In this document: positions 1 through 8,657 of the stretch, piece by piece
How the letters are laid out: each line of letters starts with the position of its first letter
Numbering within the stretch: position 1 is the first letter of the stretch
Assembly: GCF_000039765.1 (NCBI RefSeq)
Contig: NC_004460.2
Coordinates: 390,001-422,000, forward strand
Length of the DNA: 32,000 nucleotides
From: Vibrio vulnificus CMCP6
GTDB lineage: Bacteria > Pseudomonadota > Gammaproteobacteria > Enterobacterales > Vibrionaceae
Direction of reading: 5' to 3'
Position numbers and translations under genes: made by a program
The notes under the pieces: model-generated
Seen by the model: the letters and a program-made list of their open reading frames with translations, nothing else
Told to the model about the DNA's origin: nothing
Database searches by the model: none

Positions 1-1479
1 GACGGCACGAGATTGCGTTAACGGGGTCCATTGCAACGCGGCTAAGTCAAATTTTTCAAGGTTCCAACCTTCACTCGATCGTTTGACACTTGCTACGATA
101 AAACGACCATCGTGAGACACGGCAAATCCACCTAACACGTCACCAATCGTGCCTTGCCAAATTTGCTGACCGATTTCTGGTTGTTGCGCATCCATTAACC
201 AAAGTTCACTGAGACCATTCACCTTACGTGTGGCTAAGTAGCGCTGGCCATCAGGGAGCCATTTAGCGCTGCGAAAACGCTGCTTCTCTGTCAACGCTTG
301 CCAACGATCATCTTGATAAAGATAAACATCGCTCAGCACGCGGCCATCTGCATAAGCGATAGAACGCGTCGCCAGCACCCCACTTTGAGGATGGAAATCG
401 AGCGAGTTGATGTTTTTCGTTTTAGTCAGTGAGTCTCCCGCGCGCTCATCACTGCCATCGCCTAACAACATCAGTTCACTCGCATCATCACCATTGTCGA
501 CATTAACCAAAACACCATGGTCCGTTGCGGTAAACACTTGCATAAATGGGGCGGTATATTTCCCCTCACCAATGACGGCTTGCTCCATCATGGTGGCAAG
601 ATCGCCTTGGTATTTCTCATATATATGAGCTTGGAAATCAGACCAAAGCTGTTCAAAATCCTTCCCAAACGTTTTTCTCGCCGTGCTGTTGAGCAAAAAG
701 AACGGAATAAGCTTGCGGCTGTAACCCTGCAAAAATTCTTGCACCTTAGCATCACCATAGCTATCGGCTAGGTATTGCACGAAATAGGCACCGTACAAAT
801 AGTTGTAGCCTAGCGGCCATTCTCTTGCTGCCACGGCAACTTGGTTGAGATCTTTCACGTCACCAGAGGCGACTTCCATTCTCATTTCCATGTCATAACC
901 AGAGCCTTGCAAGCGCCCATAGCCAGCTTGTTCATTGGTTTCCAGATAAACCGCAAGCCCTTCGAGCATAAAAGAAGGCGTCATGAGGTGAGGATAAAGA
1001 AATGGGTTGCGACCAAATATTTTACGAAAAACGTTGACCGCGCCGCCGCCCATTTCCATGTGCATGATATGCGCGTACTCATGCTTAATGAGGAGATGCA
1101 TCCACTCATCGTTATTTTCCAAGCCATTTGCTTCATCTGGTGGACTCATAATCAAACGAATTTGTGGATAAGGCACCACCGTCGCCCAACCGTTTGAATA
1201 GTCCACCTCATCGACCAACACCAATTCTGTTTTTTCTTTCGGCTCGTAACCAAAGTATGGCACCAGTTCTTTATGGGATTGTTCAGCCAAATCAAGCGCT
1301 CTTGCGGCTTGCTTTTCATGGCCATTTCTAAAGTGGATAACAAAGTGATCCGTCGATTGAGTTAACCATGTCTCGTTTGCTTGATCCCAAGCGACAGATT
1401 GCGCGTAGGCTTGAGAAGGAGTCCCTGCCCCCAAAGCGAATAGCGCGGCAAGTGAAAGTGCGAGCGGCGTATATTTCAT
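1..1479 (-). CDS. Partial (C-terminus off the left edge) secreted TolB/WD40-like beta-propeller protein with an N-terminal zincin-type peptidase segment
   Basis: My own minus-strand translation from ATG at 1479 is open to position 1: MKYTPLALSLAALFALGAGTPSQAYAQ (signal peptide), then HEYAHIMHMEMG (HExxH motif), then MLEGLAVYLET, then WLPDGQRYLATRK...LWLMD-type repeats typical of TolB-like propellers. It is missing from the ORF track because it is truncated. Confidence 0.82.
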   Translation of the reverse strand, partial: MKYTPLALSLAALFALGAGTPSQAYAQSVAWDQANETWLTQSTDHFVIHFRNGHEKQAARALDLAEQSHKELVPYFGYEPKEKTELVLVDEVDYSNGWATVVPYPQIRLIMSPPDEANGLENNDEWMHLLIKHEYAHIMHMEMGGGAVNVFRKIFGRNPFLYPHLMTPSFMLEGLAVYLETNEQAGYGRLQGSGYDMEMRMEVASGDVKDLNQVAVAAREWPLGYNYLYGAYFVQYLADSYGDAKVQEFLQGYSRKLIPFFLLNSTARKTFGKDFEQLWSDFQAHIYEKYQGDLATMMEQAVIGEGKYTAPFMQVFTATDHGVLVNVDNGDDASELMLLGDGSDERAGDSLTKTKNINSLDFHPQSGVLATRSIAYADGRVLSDVYLYQDDRWQALTEKQRFRSAKWLPDGQRYLATRKVNGLSELWLMDAQQPEIGQQIWQGTIGDVLGGFAVSHDGRFIVASVKRSSEGWNLEKFDLAALQWTPLTQSRAV

Positions 1480-1680
1480 AGATAATTTTCCATCAGTGCA
1501 CATAGATAAAATGAATAGAACCAAGTTAATGTACACTGTTTTATTGATTATTCATGTCCCTATTTGTATGGGAATGTATAGAGCAATCAAAAAGATGACA
1601 ACGTGCGAGCCCCTAAGAGTAGAGCAAACTCTCACGAATCAATTGAAAAAAGGAAAAAGATGAAAAGTGCTTAAATGCAA

Positions 1681-1706
1681 AAAGCCGACACTGAGTGTCG
1701 GCTTTT
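1681..1706 (-). terminator. Rho-independent terminator downstream of tRNA-Cys
   Basis: AAAGCCGACACTGAGTGTCGGCTTTT: a perfect GCCGACAC/GTGTCGGC type inverted repeat with flanking A/T tracts. Confidence 0.8.
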
Positions 1707-1714
1707 CTAAATAA

Positions 1715-1788
1715 TGGAGGCGCGTCCCGGAGTCGAACCGAGGTCCACGGATTTGCAATCCGCTGCATAGCCCCTCTGCCAACGCGCC
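1715..1788 (-). tRNA. tRNA-Cys (anticodon GCA)
   Basis: The reverse complement GGCGCGTTGGCAGAGGGGCTATGCAGCGGATTGCAAATCCGTGGACCTCGGTTCGACTCCGGGACGCGCCTCCA is 74 nt. It shows the acceptor stem GGCGCGT/ACGCGCC, anticodon stem GGATT-GCA-AATCC, a GTTCGAC T-loop and encoded CCA. Confidence 0.97.
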
Positions 1789-1947
1789 TTACTGTGTTGC
1801 CCGTGCTTGTCTCGGGAACGGGGTGCACTTTAACGTATTCTCATGAGAGATCAACTAATAATTTCGTTTCTTTGTGTTGATTGGACAATATCGGATCGAT
1901 TTGTTGCTTTGTCATACAAAGTGGTTTTAAAGCTGCCGACTCTCTTA

Positions 1948-2022
1948 TCTAGGCTCTAGGCTCTAGGCTCTAGGTTCTAGGTTCTAGGTTCTAGGTTCTA
2001 GGTTCTAGGTTCTAGGTTCTAG
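1948..2022. repeat. Tandem heptanucleotide array: 3x TCTAGGC then 7x TCTAGGT, plus a partial unit
   Basis: Read directly: tctaggc tctaggc tctaggc tctaggt (x7) tctag, in uninterrupted 7-bp phase. Confidence 0.97.
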
Positions 2023-2057
2023 CAATCATGATTTTCCATCATTCCATACGCAGTTCA

Positions 2058-2300
2058 TCACTTTGATTGCCAAAGATCTAAAAAATATTTTCCGTAAACC
2101 ACTTCCGTTTGCATGTGAAAAAACAGTAAAGCGCCCACCACGACCACAAATCCCCAATTGAAATAGCGATTCACTTTCGCTCTCACCCGTATATCGAATA
2201 CGGCCAATTGTATGCCCACAAGTATGAAAGGGTAACTTAGGATCAACAGTAGCAACCATCCCAGATGGGGCGAAATGGCCATGGGTTCAAAACCGATCAT
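2058..2300 (-). CDS. Small predicted membrane protein, hypothetical
   Basis: 80-aa ORF starting MIGFEPMAISPHLGWLLLLILSYPFILVGIQLAVF with two hydrophobic segments. AAGGAG lies about 5 nt upstream of the ATG (CAAGGAGTACATATG). Confidence 0.6.
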   Translation of the reverse strand: MIGFEPMAISPHLGWLLLLILSYPFILVGIQLAVFDIRVRAKVNRYFNWGFVVVVGALLFFHMQTEVVYGKYFLDLWQSK

Positions 2301-2480
2301 ATGTACTCCTTGATATAAGTCACTGCTTTGGAGCGTATCAGTTTGAAATTCGGAAATTTTGTAACTTGCGGGCAGTTACGAACAAAGACTGAGTAAAACA
2401 CGCACTAATTTAATGCATTCTCAGTATGGGGACATCAGGTTGACGTAGCGGAAAATCGGAAGCCAAGAAAAACGCAATAA

Positions 2481-2505
2481 AAAAGAGCGCTTTGAGCGCT
2501 CTTTA
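2481..2505 (-). terminator. Rho-independent terminator after the MaoC-like gene
   Basis: AAAAGAGCGCTTTGAGCGCTCTTTAT inverted repeat just downstream of the stop at 2528. Confidence 0.75.
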
Positions 2506-2527
2506 TAGAATCGATAGAACCAAAGAT

Positions 2528-3205
2528 TTAAAAATGGAGCTGAATAACAGAAACCACTACAGCAGCAGGACGACGAACGCCTTCGATCTCCACTTTGATT
2601 TCACGCTCTATCTCTAACCCTTTTTTGATTGGGGTTACTTTGGTCAGTGTGCTTGAAGCACGTAAGTTATTACCCGATTTCACCGGATATGGGAAACGCA
2701 CTTGGTTCAAGCCAATATTCACAACCATCTTCGCCGTCGGGAAGAGGTTATTTTCAGGATTAACTGAATCGGTCAACTTCGGCAATAGAGCTAATGTTAA
2801 AAAGCCATGAGCGATGGTGGTTTTGAATGGCGACTCTACCGCTGCACGCTCAGGATCCGTATGAATCCACTGCATGTCTTCTGTCACCAAACCAAATTGA
2901 TTGATACGCTCTTGATCAACATGAATCCAATCACCAACATGAATCACTTGACCTATTTTTTCACTTAACTCGTTGTAAACAAGCTGCGCTTCTGGTTTGA
3001 GTACGATCGGCTCAGGCAATGACACTTCTTCATTCACCGCAGGCTGCTGATGATCGCGTACTTTCGAGAAAAGAAAACTTCCTTGCGCCTTTCCTAGAAA
3101 ATCACCCCAGTACTCACGAAGAGTTGGAGACATCCAATTAATAAACTCAGAATGATGCGCAGAAAATGCGTCTACTTTGTCTTTAAATAGATTTGTGACT
3201 TTCAT
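2528..3205 (-). CDS. MaoC-like (hot-dog fold) dehydratase / (R)-specific enoyl-CoA hydratase family
   Basis: 225-aa ORF containing IGQVIHVGDWIHVDQERINQFGLVTEDMQWIHTDPERA...FKTTIAHGFLTLALLPKL, the typical MaoC/hydratase-2 motif (D-x-x-x-x-H ... HG). Confidence 0.85.
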   Translation of the reverse strand: MKVTNLFKDKVDAFSAHHSEFINWMSPTLREYWGDFLGKAQGSFLFSKVRDHQQPAVNEEVSLPEPIVLKPEAQLVYNELSEKIGQVIHVGDWIHVDQERINQFGLVTEDMQWIHTDPERAAVESPFKTTIAHGFLTLALLPKLTDSVNPENNLFPTAKMVVNIGLNQVRFPYPVKSGNNLRASSTLTKVTPIKKGLEIEREIKVEIEGVRRPAAVVVSVIQLHF

Positions 3206-3668
3206 AAAAACCTTGGTTCATAATCTTCAAACTGGCTATACCAGTTAATTTTGAATTACTTCACATAACCTTGCAAATACTTTCGGGCGCACAACTGTTA
3301 CCTCAAAGTCAAATAATCCATTAAAAACATAACGATAGAAATAAAACACTATTTTATTGTCTTTAGACAATACGAGTAAAAACTCTAGTTTTATTTACTA
3401 TTTTGCGTATTTTTGTGCGGTCACAAGTATGCAAAGCCCCTTTCATCACCAAATAATTACGTTCAAATAACATGCCAAACAGCGAGCGAGCTGTTTTCAT
3501 CCTGTAAACAAGAGAAAAACCGCTTTGATTAACCCAATATTACTCGCACATTCGAGCTCATATATTGAGAACTTTATCAAGTAGTTATTGATTTGAGATA
3601 CAGAAAACAAGATCCTTATCAAGCCTCGTTGCATGCGTAATTGAACGGATGTCCAAGATAAGAGAAAC

Positions 3669-6600
3669 TTGTTGTATAACAGTAATTATAGTGATGTTGA
3701 AATGATTAGCTTTGCGGACTTACGTATTCGTCCTAAATTGATTGCCCTCTTAATAATTTTTGGCATTTTACCCATGGTTTGCGTCACCCTTTTCAGTGGC
3801 CGCATGGCATCGGAAGCCCTAATAAAAAAATCCTTCCAAGAATTGCTTGCTATTCAGACGCTAAGAAGCGCCTCGATTGATACCTTTTTTGAAAAACGAT
3901 TACTCGATATTGGCACTTTAGCAGGCACAGACGAGCTGCGCGATTTCGCGACGGGGTTAACGACAGGGGTTAGCGTCAACTACTCGATTGAAGAAGTCGA
4001 AGACTCTGTGATCAGCTCTTTCACCAGCGCCTATGATTACAATGATTTTTTCGTACTCTCCCCAGACAAAGGAAAGATCCTCTACGCTCTGCACGATAAA
4101 AGCCGCATCAATGCGAACAGCTTAAGCTACGAAAACACCGATCCGTCACTGGCGAAAGTGTGGGCCAAAACCGTGGCAAAGAGCACGACATATTTTACTG
4201 ATTTTGCAAAAAGTAAAGCGGCACAAGGGCAATATGTTGCCTACTTTTCTGCCCCAATCCTCGATCACGACGGCAATTTGATTGCCATTGCAGCCATGCA
4301 AGTTTCCCCACAGTTGGTGACTAAAATCGTCGACTCGCGAGTCGGAATGGGTGAAACGGGCGAATCGTACCTTTTGGGTCTCGACGCCACCAGCAATCAA
4401 TTTACCCTGCGCTCTGACATCGTTACCATGGGCAATGGCCGCTATGTGGTTGGCTTTAGACTTGGCTACGATCTCGACTATTGGACAGATGCCCGTTCAG
4501 CAGGTGACACCGGAGGCCAAGGCACATACATCGACAGTGCTGGCCGCCCTGTTCTGGTCACATTTAACCGTATTCAAGTACCCGGCTACGATTGGTATTT
4601 GATCTCAAAGATCAATCAAGATGAAGTCACCACACCAATTACTCGCATCTATCAAGCACTGACCATTATTACTGCGATGATTTTTGTGTTGATCTGTTTT
4701 GTTGCGATCAAATTCTCCAACTCCGTAACTTCGCCCTTGTTGGCCAGTATGGATTTTGCGCAGCACATTGCCAAAGGAAAGCTCGATTCCTCGCTGACCA
4801 TTGATAGAAAAGATGAACTCGGTGAGTTAGGGAGTTCACTCAATAACATGGCTTCACAGTTGCGTGATCTTGATTGGCTAAAATCGGGGAAAGAAACGCT
4901 AGATAATGAACTTCGTGGCGATATTGAGCTGAGCGAGCTGTCTAACCGATTTATTCGTTTTTTCACGCGTCATCTGAATGCCCAATTGGGCGCCTTCTAT
5001 CTCTTCGAGAATGGGCAGCTTGAGTTGAATGCTTCCTACGCGTTTTCTGATCGCGCCGGTAATTTCAATCGCATTCAAATTGGCGAAGGAATGGTTGGCC
5101 AAGCCAGCTTGGAGCAGCAAGTGATTGCGTTTAACCATGTTACAGACGAGGCACCCGTTTACAACTTCGCCGCGGGTGATTGCGTTCCAACGCATTTCTT
5201 AGCCATTCCACTGTGTGTGGATAAGCAACTGATCGGCACTGTGTTACTCGGCGCTTTCCATGAATTTTCCCCTATTCAGAGACGCTTTATTAACGAAGTC
5301 GTGGGCAATTTGGCTATCGTTTTCAACGCCACAAAAGCGCGTTTAGTGATTAAATCCCTGCTTGAAGAGACGCAACAGCAAAAAGCACATCTCAGCAAAG
5401 CGAATGAAGATCTCGAAGCGCAAACACAGGCACTGCGCGTTTCGGAAGAAGAACTGCAAGCGCAGCAAGAAGAACTTCGCGTCACTAACGAAGAGCTAGA
5501 AGAGCAAACCAAAGTTCTGCGTGCTTCTGAAGCGGAGCTGCAAGCGCAACAAGAAGAACTGCGTGTAACCAATGAAGAGTTGGAAGAGCGCACTAAAGCG
5601 CTAGAATCGCAACAAGTAGAAATGAAGGAGAAAAACGAGGCACTTCATCAGGCGCAACTTGTTGTCGAAGAGAAAGCCAAAGAGCTGGAAATTGCCAGCA
5701 AATATAAGTCTGAGTTTTTGGCCAACATGTCCCATGAACTTCGTACTCCGCTAAACAGCATCCTGATTTTGTCTCAGTTGTTTGCCAATAACAAAGACGG
5801 CAACTTAACAGCGAAGCAGATTGAATCAGCCAAAGCCATTAACTCATCGGGCTCAGACCTTCTTTCCCTAATCAATGAAATTCTTGACCTATCAAAGGTT
5901 GAGGCAGGCAAGATCGATCTGCACATTGAAGACGTGCCCCTACAAACGGTGGAACAAGATCTTCTGAGACTTTATCAAGACATCGCCGATGATAAAGGTT
6001 TGGACTTCCAAGTGATTTGCGCACCAAACTTGCCACAAACGCTTGAAACAGACGCTCAGCGTTTACAGCAAATCTTGCGCAACTTACTGACCAACGCCTT
6101 CAAGTTTACGCACGAGGGTGCCGTGACATTGAATATGGCCTTGCCTTCTCCTGAACAAGCGAAGCTGCTCGATAAACCTCGTGAAGCGTTGATCGCATTC
6201 TCTGTCAAAGACGACGGCATTGGCATTAAACAAGAGCAGCAGTTGGCTATCTTCCAAGCCTTCCAGCAAGCCGATGGCAGTACCAGTCGTAAATATGGCG
6301 GTACAGGGCTAGGTCTGTCGATTTCGAAAGAGTTGACGCATTTACTTGGCGGACGTATTCACCTCAAGAGCGAAGAAGGAAAAGGCAGCATCTTTACGGT
6401 GATCTTCCCTACTCGTTATGAAGTCAAAGAGTCTGAATCGCAACCGACCCTATCGCCGATTAGCTTAGCTCCAATGGAGCCAATGGACGTTGTTGAACGC
6501 GAAGAGCCAACACCTCCTGCTCAAGATGCACCCTCTGTTGAAAAAGAGCCCGTTCCCCAATTGAATGGATTCAAAAAAGCGGACAGCATCAAACAGGACA

Positions 6601-7814
6601 ACGATAGCTATGTCGAAGATGACCGACAAACCGTGGTGCCAGAAGATCGTACTTTGTTGATCATTGAAGATGATCGTGCGTTCGCCAGCGTTATGCGTGA
6701 TTTTGGCCGCGAACGTGGCTTCAAATGCATTGTGGCGGAAACCGGAGAAACAGGCCTGCACTTTGCTCAGTACTATAAGCCCAGCGCCATCATTCTTGAT
6801 ATCGGCCTACCTGGCATCGATGGCTGGACCGTCATGGAGCGACTCAAAGAAAACCCTGAAACGCGCCATATCCCGGTTCATTTTATGTCTGCCAATGACG
6901 CAAACCTCGATGCACTGCGCATGGGAGCAATCGGCTACCTAACCAAACCAGTCGATATGAAAAAGCTCGAAAAAGCGTTTGGTAATATCGAAGATATTCT
7001 CTCTAAACCCGTAAAACGTTTGTTGGTGGTTGAAGATGACGCCATCCAACAAGAGTCTATTCGCCAGCTAATCGGTGAAGATGACATTCATATCGTAGCG
7101 GTTCCAACTGGTGAAAAAGCACTCGAAGAATTGGAGTCCAATCGCTACGACTGCATGGTGTTGGATCTGGGCTTAGAAGACATGACCGGTTTTGAGCTAC
7201 TTGAACGTATTCGTCGAAGTGAAACGGCAGCTCGAGTACCGATTATCGTCTACACCGGACGCGAGTTAAGTAAAGAAGAAGAGCGTGAACTCAATCGCTA
7301 TGCAGAGAGCATTATTATTAAAGGGGTGAAGTCACCAGAGCGTCTTTTGGATGAGTCTGCCCTCTTCCTGCACCGTGTAGAAGCTAACTTGCCTAGTGAG
7401 CAACGCGGTATTTTAAGAGCCGTGCACAACAAAGAGTCCGTCTTAACGGGCAAGAAAGTCTTGCTGGTGGATGATGATATGAGAAACGTCTTCGCGCTAT
7501 CGAGCATTCTTGAAGATAAAGGAATGGATATTGTGATTGCACGCGATGGCGTAGAGAGCCTAGACAAGCTCAAAGAAAACCCAGACATCGATGTGGTGCT
7601 CATGGACATCATGATGCCGAAGATGGACGGTTATGAAGCAATGGAAGAGATCCGCAAACAAAAAGTGTATGAAAAGCTGCCTGTCATTGCTTTAACGGCG
7701 AAAGCCATGAAAGGCGACAGAAGCAAGTGCATCGAAGCGGGCGCAAGTGATTATTTAGCGAAACCGGTCAATACCGATAAGTTACTTTCAATGTTAAGAG
7801 TCTGGTTGTACTGA
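3669..7814 (+). CDS. Membrane hybrid sensor histidine kinase: periplasmic sensor (Cache-like), HAMP, GAF-like, long coiled coil, HisKA, HATPase_c, three receiver domains
   Basis: TM segment LIALLIIFGILPMVCVTLF; second TM ALTIITAMIFVLICFVAI; HAMP region SPLLASMDFAQHIAKGKLDSSLTIDRKDELGELGSSLNNMA; H-box FLANMSHELRTPLN; ATPase motifs LRNLLTNAFKFT, VKDDGIGI and GGTGLGLS. Three receivers each keep the phospho-acceptor Asp (AIILDIGLPG, CMVLDLGLED, VVLMDIMMPK). The ORF track start is a TTG at 3669; the ATG at 3702 (MISFADLRIRPK) is an alternative start. Confidence 0.93.
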   Translation: MLYNSNYSDVEMISFADLRIRPKLIALLIIFGILPMVCVTLFSGRMASEALIKKSFQELLAIQTLRSASIDTFFEKRLLDIGTLAGTDELRDFATGLTTGVSVNYSIEEVEDSVISSFTSAYDYNDFFVLSPDKGKILYALHDKSRINANSLSYENTDPSLAKVWAKTVAKSTTYFTDFAKSKAAQGQYVAYFSAPILDHDGNLIAIAAMQVSPQLVTKIVDSRVGMGETGESYLLGLDATSNQFTLRSDIVTMGNGRYVVGFRLGYDLDYWTDARSAGDTGGQGTYIDSAGRPVLVTFNRIQVPGYDWYLISKINQDEVTTPITRIYQALTIITAMIFVLICFVAIKFSNSVTSPLLASMDFAQHIAKGKLDSSLTIDRKDELGELGSSLNNMASQLRDLDWLKSGKETLDNELRGDIELSELSNRFIRFFTRHLNAQLGAFYLFENGQLELNASYAFSDRAGNFNRIQIGEGMVGQASLEQQVIAFNHVTDEAPVYNFAAGDCVPTHFLAIPLCVDKQLIGTVLLGAFHEFSPIQRRFINEVVGNLAIVFNATKARLVIKSLLEETQQQKAHLSKANEDLEAQTQALRVSEEELQAQQEELRVTNEELEEQTKVLRASEAELQAQQEELRVTNEELEERTKALESQQVEMKEKNEALHQAQLVVEEKAKELEIASKYKSEFLANMSHELRTPLNSILILSQLFANNKDGNLTAKQIESAKAINSSGSDLLSLINEILDLSKVEAGKIDLHIEDVPLQTVEQDLLRLYQDIADDKGLDFQVICAPNLPQTLETDAQRLQQILRNLLTNAFKFTHEGAVTLNMALPSPEQAKLLDKPREALIAFSVKDDGIGIKQEQQLAIFQAFQQADGSTSRKYGGTGLGLSISKELTHLLGGRIHLKSEEGKGSIFTVIFPTRYEVKESESQPTLSPISLAPMEPMDVVEREEPTPPAQDAPSVEKEPVPQLNGFKKADSIKQDNDSYVEDDRQTVVPEDRTLLIIEDDRAFASVMRDFGRERGFKCIVAETGETGLHFAQYYKPSAIILDIGLPGIDGWTVMERLKENPETRHIPVHFMSANDANLDALRMGAIGYLTKPVDMKKLEKAFGNIEDILSKPVKRLLVVEDDAIQQESIRQLIGEDDIHIVAVPTGEKALEELESNRYDCMVLDLGLEDMTGFELLERIRRSETAARVPIIVYTGRELSKEEERELNRYAESIIIKGVKSPERLLDESALFLHRVEANLPSEQRGILRAVHNKESVLTGKKVLLVDDDMRNVFALSSILEDKGMDIVIARDGVESLDKLKENPDIDVVLMDIMMPKMDGYEAMEEIRKQKVYEKLPVIALTAKAMKGDRSKCIEAGASDYLAKPVNTDKLLSMLRVWLY
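5433..5600 (+). repeat. Two tandem 84-bp / 28-aa coiled-coil repeat units inside the histidine kinase
   Basis: LRVSEEELQAQQEELRVTNEELEEQTKV (5433-5516) followed by LRASEAELQAQQEELRVTNEELEERTKA (5517-5600), an exact 84-bp period. Confidence 0.9.
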
Positions 7815-7815
7815 T

Positions 7816-8655
7816 ATGGAAAGCGTCACTGAATTGTCAAACGAACAACTGGAAATTCAGTTGTTACTTGAAGCGATATACCGCAAATATGGCTACGATT
7901 TTCGTGAATATTCGCTTGCCCATACCAAGCGTCGATTAGAGTATCGACGCGCCATCGAGGGCATGTCGAATTATTCGCAAATGCAGCACAAAGTGATCAA
8001 TGAGCCGCGATTCTTCGACCAAATGCTGTTGGACTTATCCATCAACGTCACCGAAATGTTCCGTGACCCTTGGTTCTATCGACGAGTGCGAGAGGTGATC
8101 ATCCCGCACTTGCAAACCTACCCTTTTGTCAAAGTGTGGCATGCCGGCTGCTCTGCTGGGCAAGAAGTGTACTCAATGGGCATTTTGTTGGAAGAAGAAG
8201 GCATGAAGGATCGCGCGCAAGTCTACGCGACCGATTTCAACGAAGCGATTTTAGAGAAAGCCAAGCAAGGCATTTACCCGATGGACCTGATTCGTCAGTA
8301 CACGGCCAACTACCAAGCTGCCGGGGGAAGTGCTTCGTTTTCCGACTACTATACGGCGGATTACGACAGCGTAATCATGAAGACAGCCCTGAGAGAGAAA
8401 ACTTTGTTTACCCCTCACAATTTGGCGACCGATGGCGTTTTTGGGGAAATGAATGTTATATTCTGCCGAAATGTATTGATCTACTTTAACCGTGAGCTTC
8501 AAGACCGCGTTTTTCGTCTGTTTTACGACAGTTTGATGCCGGGGGGCTTCCTGTGTCTTGGCTCTAAAGAATCAATGCGTTTTTCTTCTATCGCGGACAA
8601 GTTTGATCTGGTCTCCGAAAAAGAAAAGATCTATCGCAAGAAACGGATAAGGTAA
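7816..8655 (+). CDS. CheR-type protein-glutamate O-methyltransferase (standalone)
   Basis: 279 aa containing SINVTEMFRDPWFYRRVREVIIPHL...VKVWHAGCSAGQEVYSMGILL (SAM-binding motif)...NVIFCRNVLIYFNRELQDRVFRLFYDSLMPGGFLCLGSKES. Starts 1 nt after the HK stop. Confidence 0.93.
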   Translation: MESVTELSNEQLEIQLLLEAIYRKYGYDFREYSLAHTKRRLEYRRAIEGMSNYSQMQHKVINEPRFFDQMLLDLSINVTEMFRDPWFYRRVREVIIPHLQTYPFVKVWHAGCSAGQEVYSMGILLEEEGMKDRAQVYATDFNEAILEKAKQGIYPMDLIRQYTANYQAAGGSASFSDYYTADYDSVIMKTALREKTLFTPHNLATDGVFGEMNVIFCRNVLIYFNRELQDRVFRLFYDSLMPGGFLCLGSKESMRFSSIADKFDLVSEKEKIYRKKRIR

Positions 8656-8657
8656 GC

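Noticed and set aside
407-1343. ORFs 407..628+, 517..771+, 841..1197+ and 1152..1343-
   Set aside because: All overlap the truncated minus-strand TolB/peptidase gene, whose frame is open throughout and contains real motifs. They are shadow ORFs.
1613-1880. ORFs 1613..1828- and 1695..1880+
   Set aside because: Both run through tRNA-Cys and its terminator, with no protein signature.
1948-2022. CRISPR array interpretation of the tandem repeat
   Set aside because: Period is 7 bp with no spacers and there are no cas genes. It is a simple tandem repeat.
5276-5593. Antisense ORF 5276..5593- (MRSSNSSLVTRSSSCCACSSAS...)
   Set aside because: Low-complexity antisense translation of the Glu/Gln-rich coiled coil repeats; an artefact of codon composition.
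8070-8489. 139-aa ORF 8070..8489+ inside cheR
   Set aside because: Alternative frame within a confidently assigned CheR gene, Arg-rich composition, no RBS.
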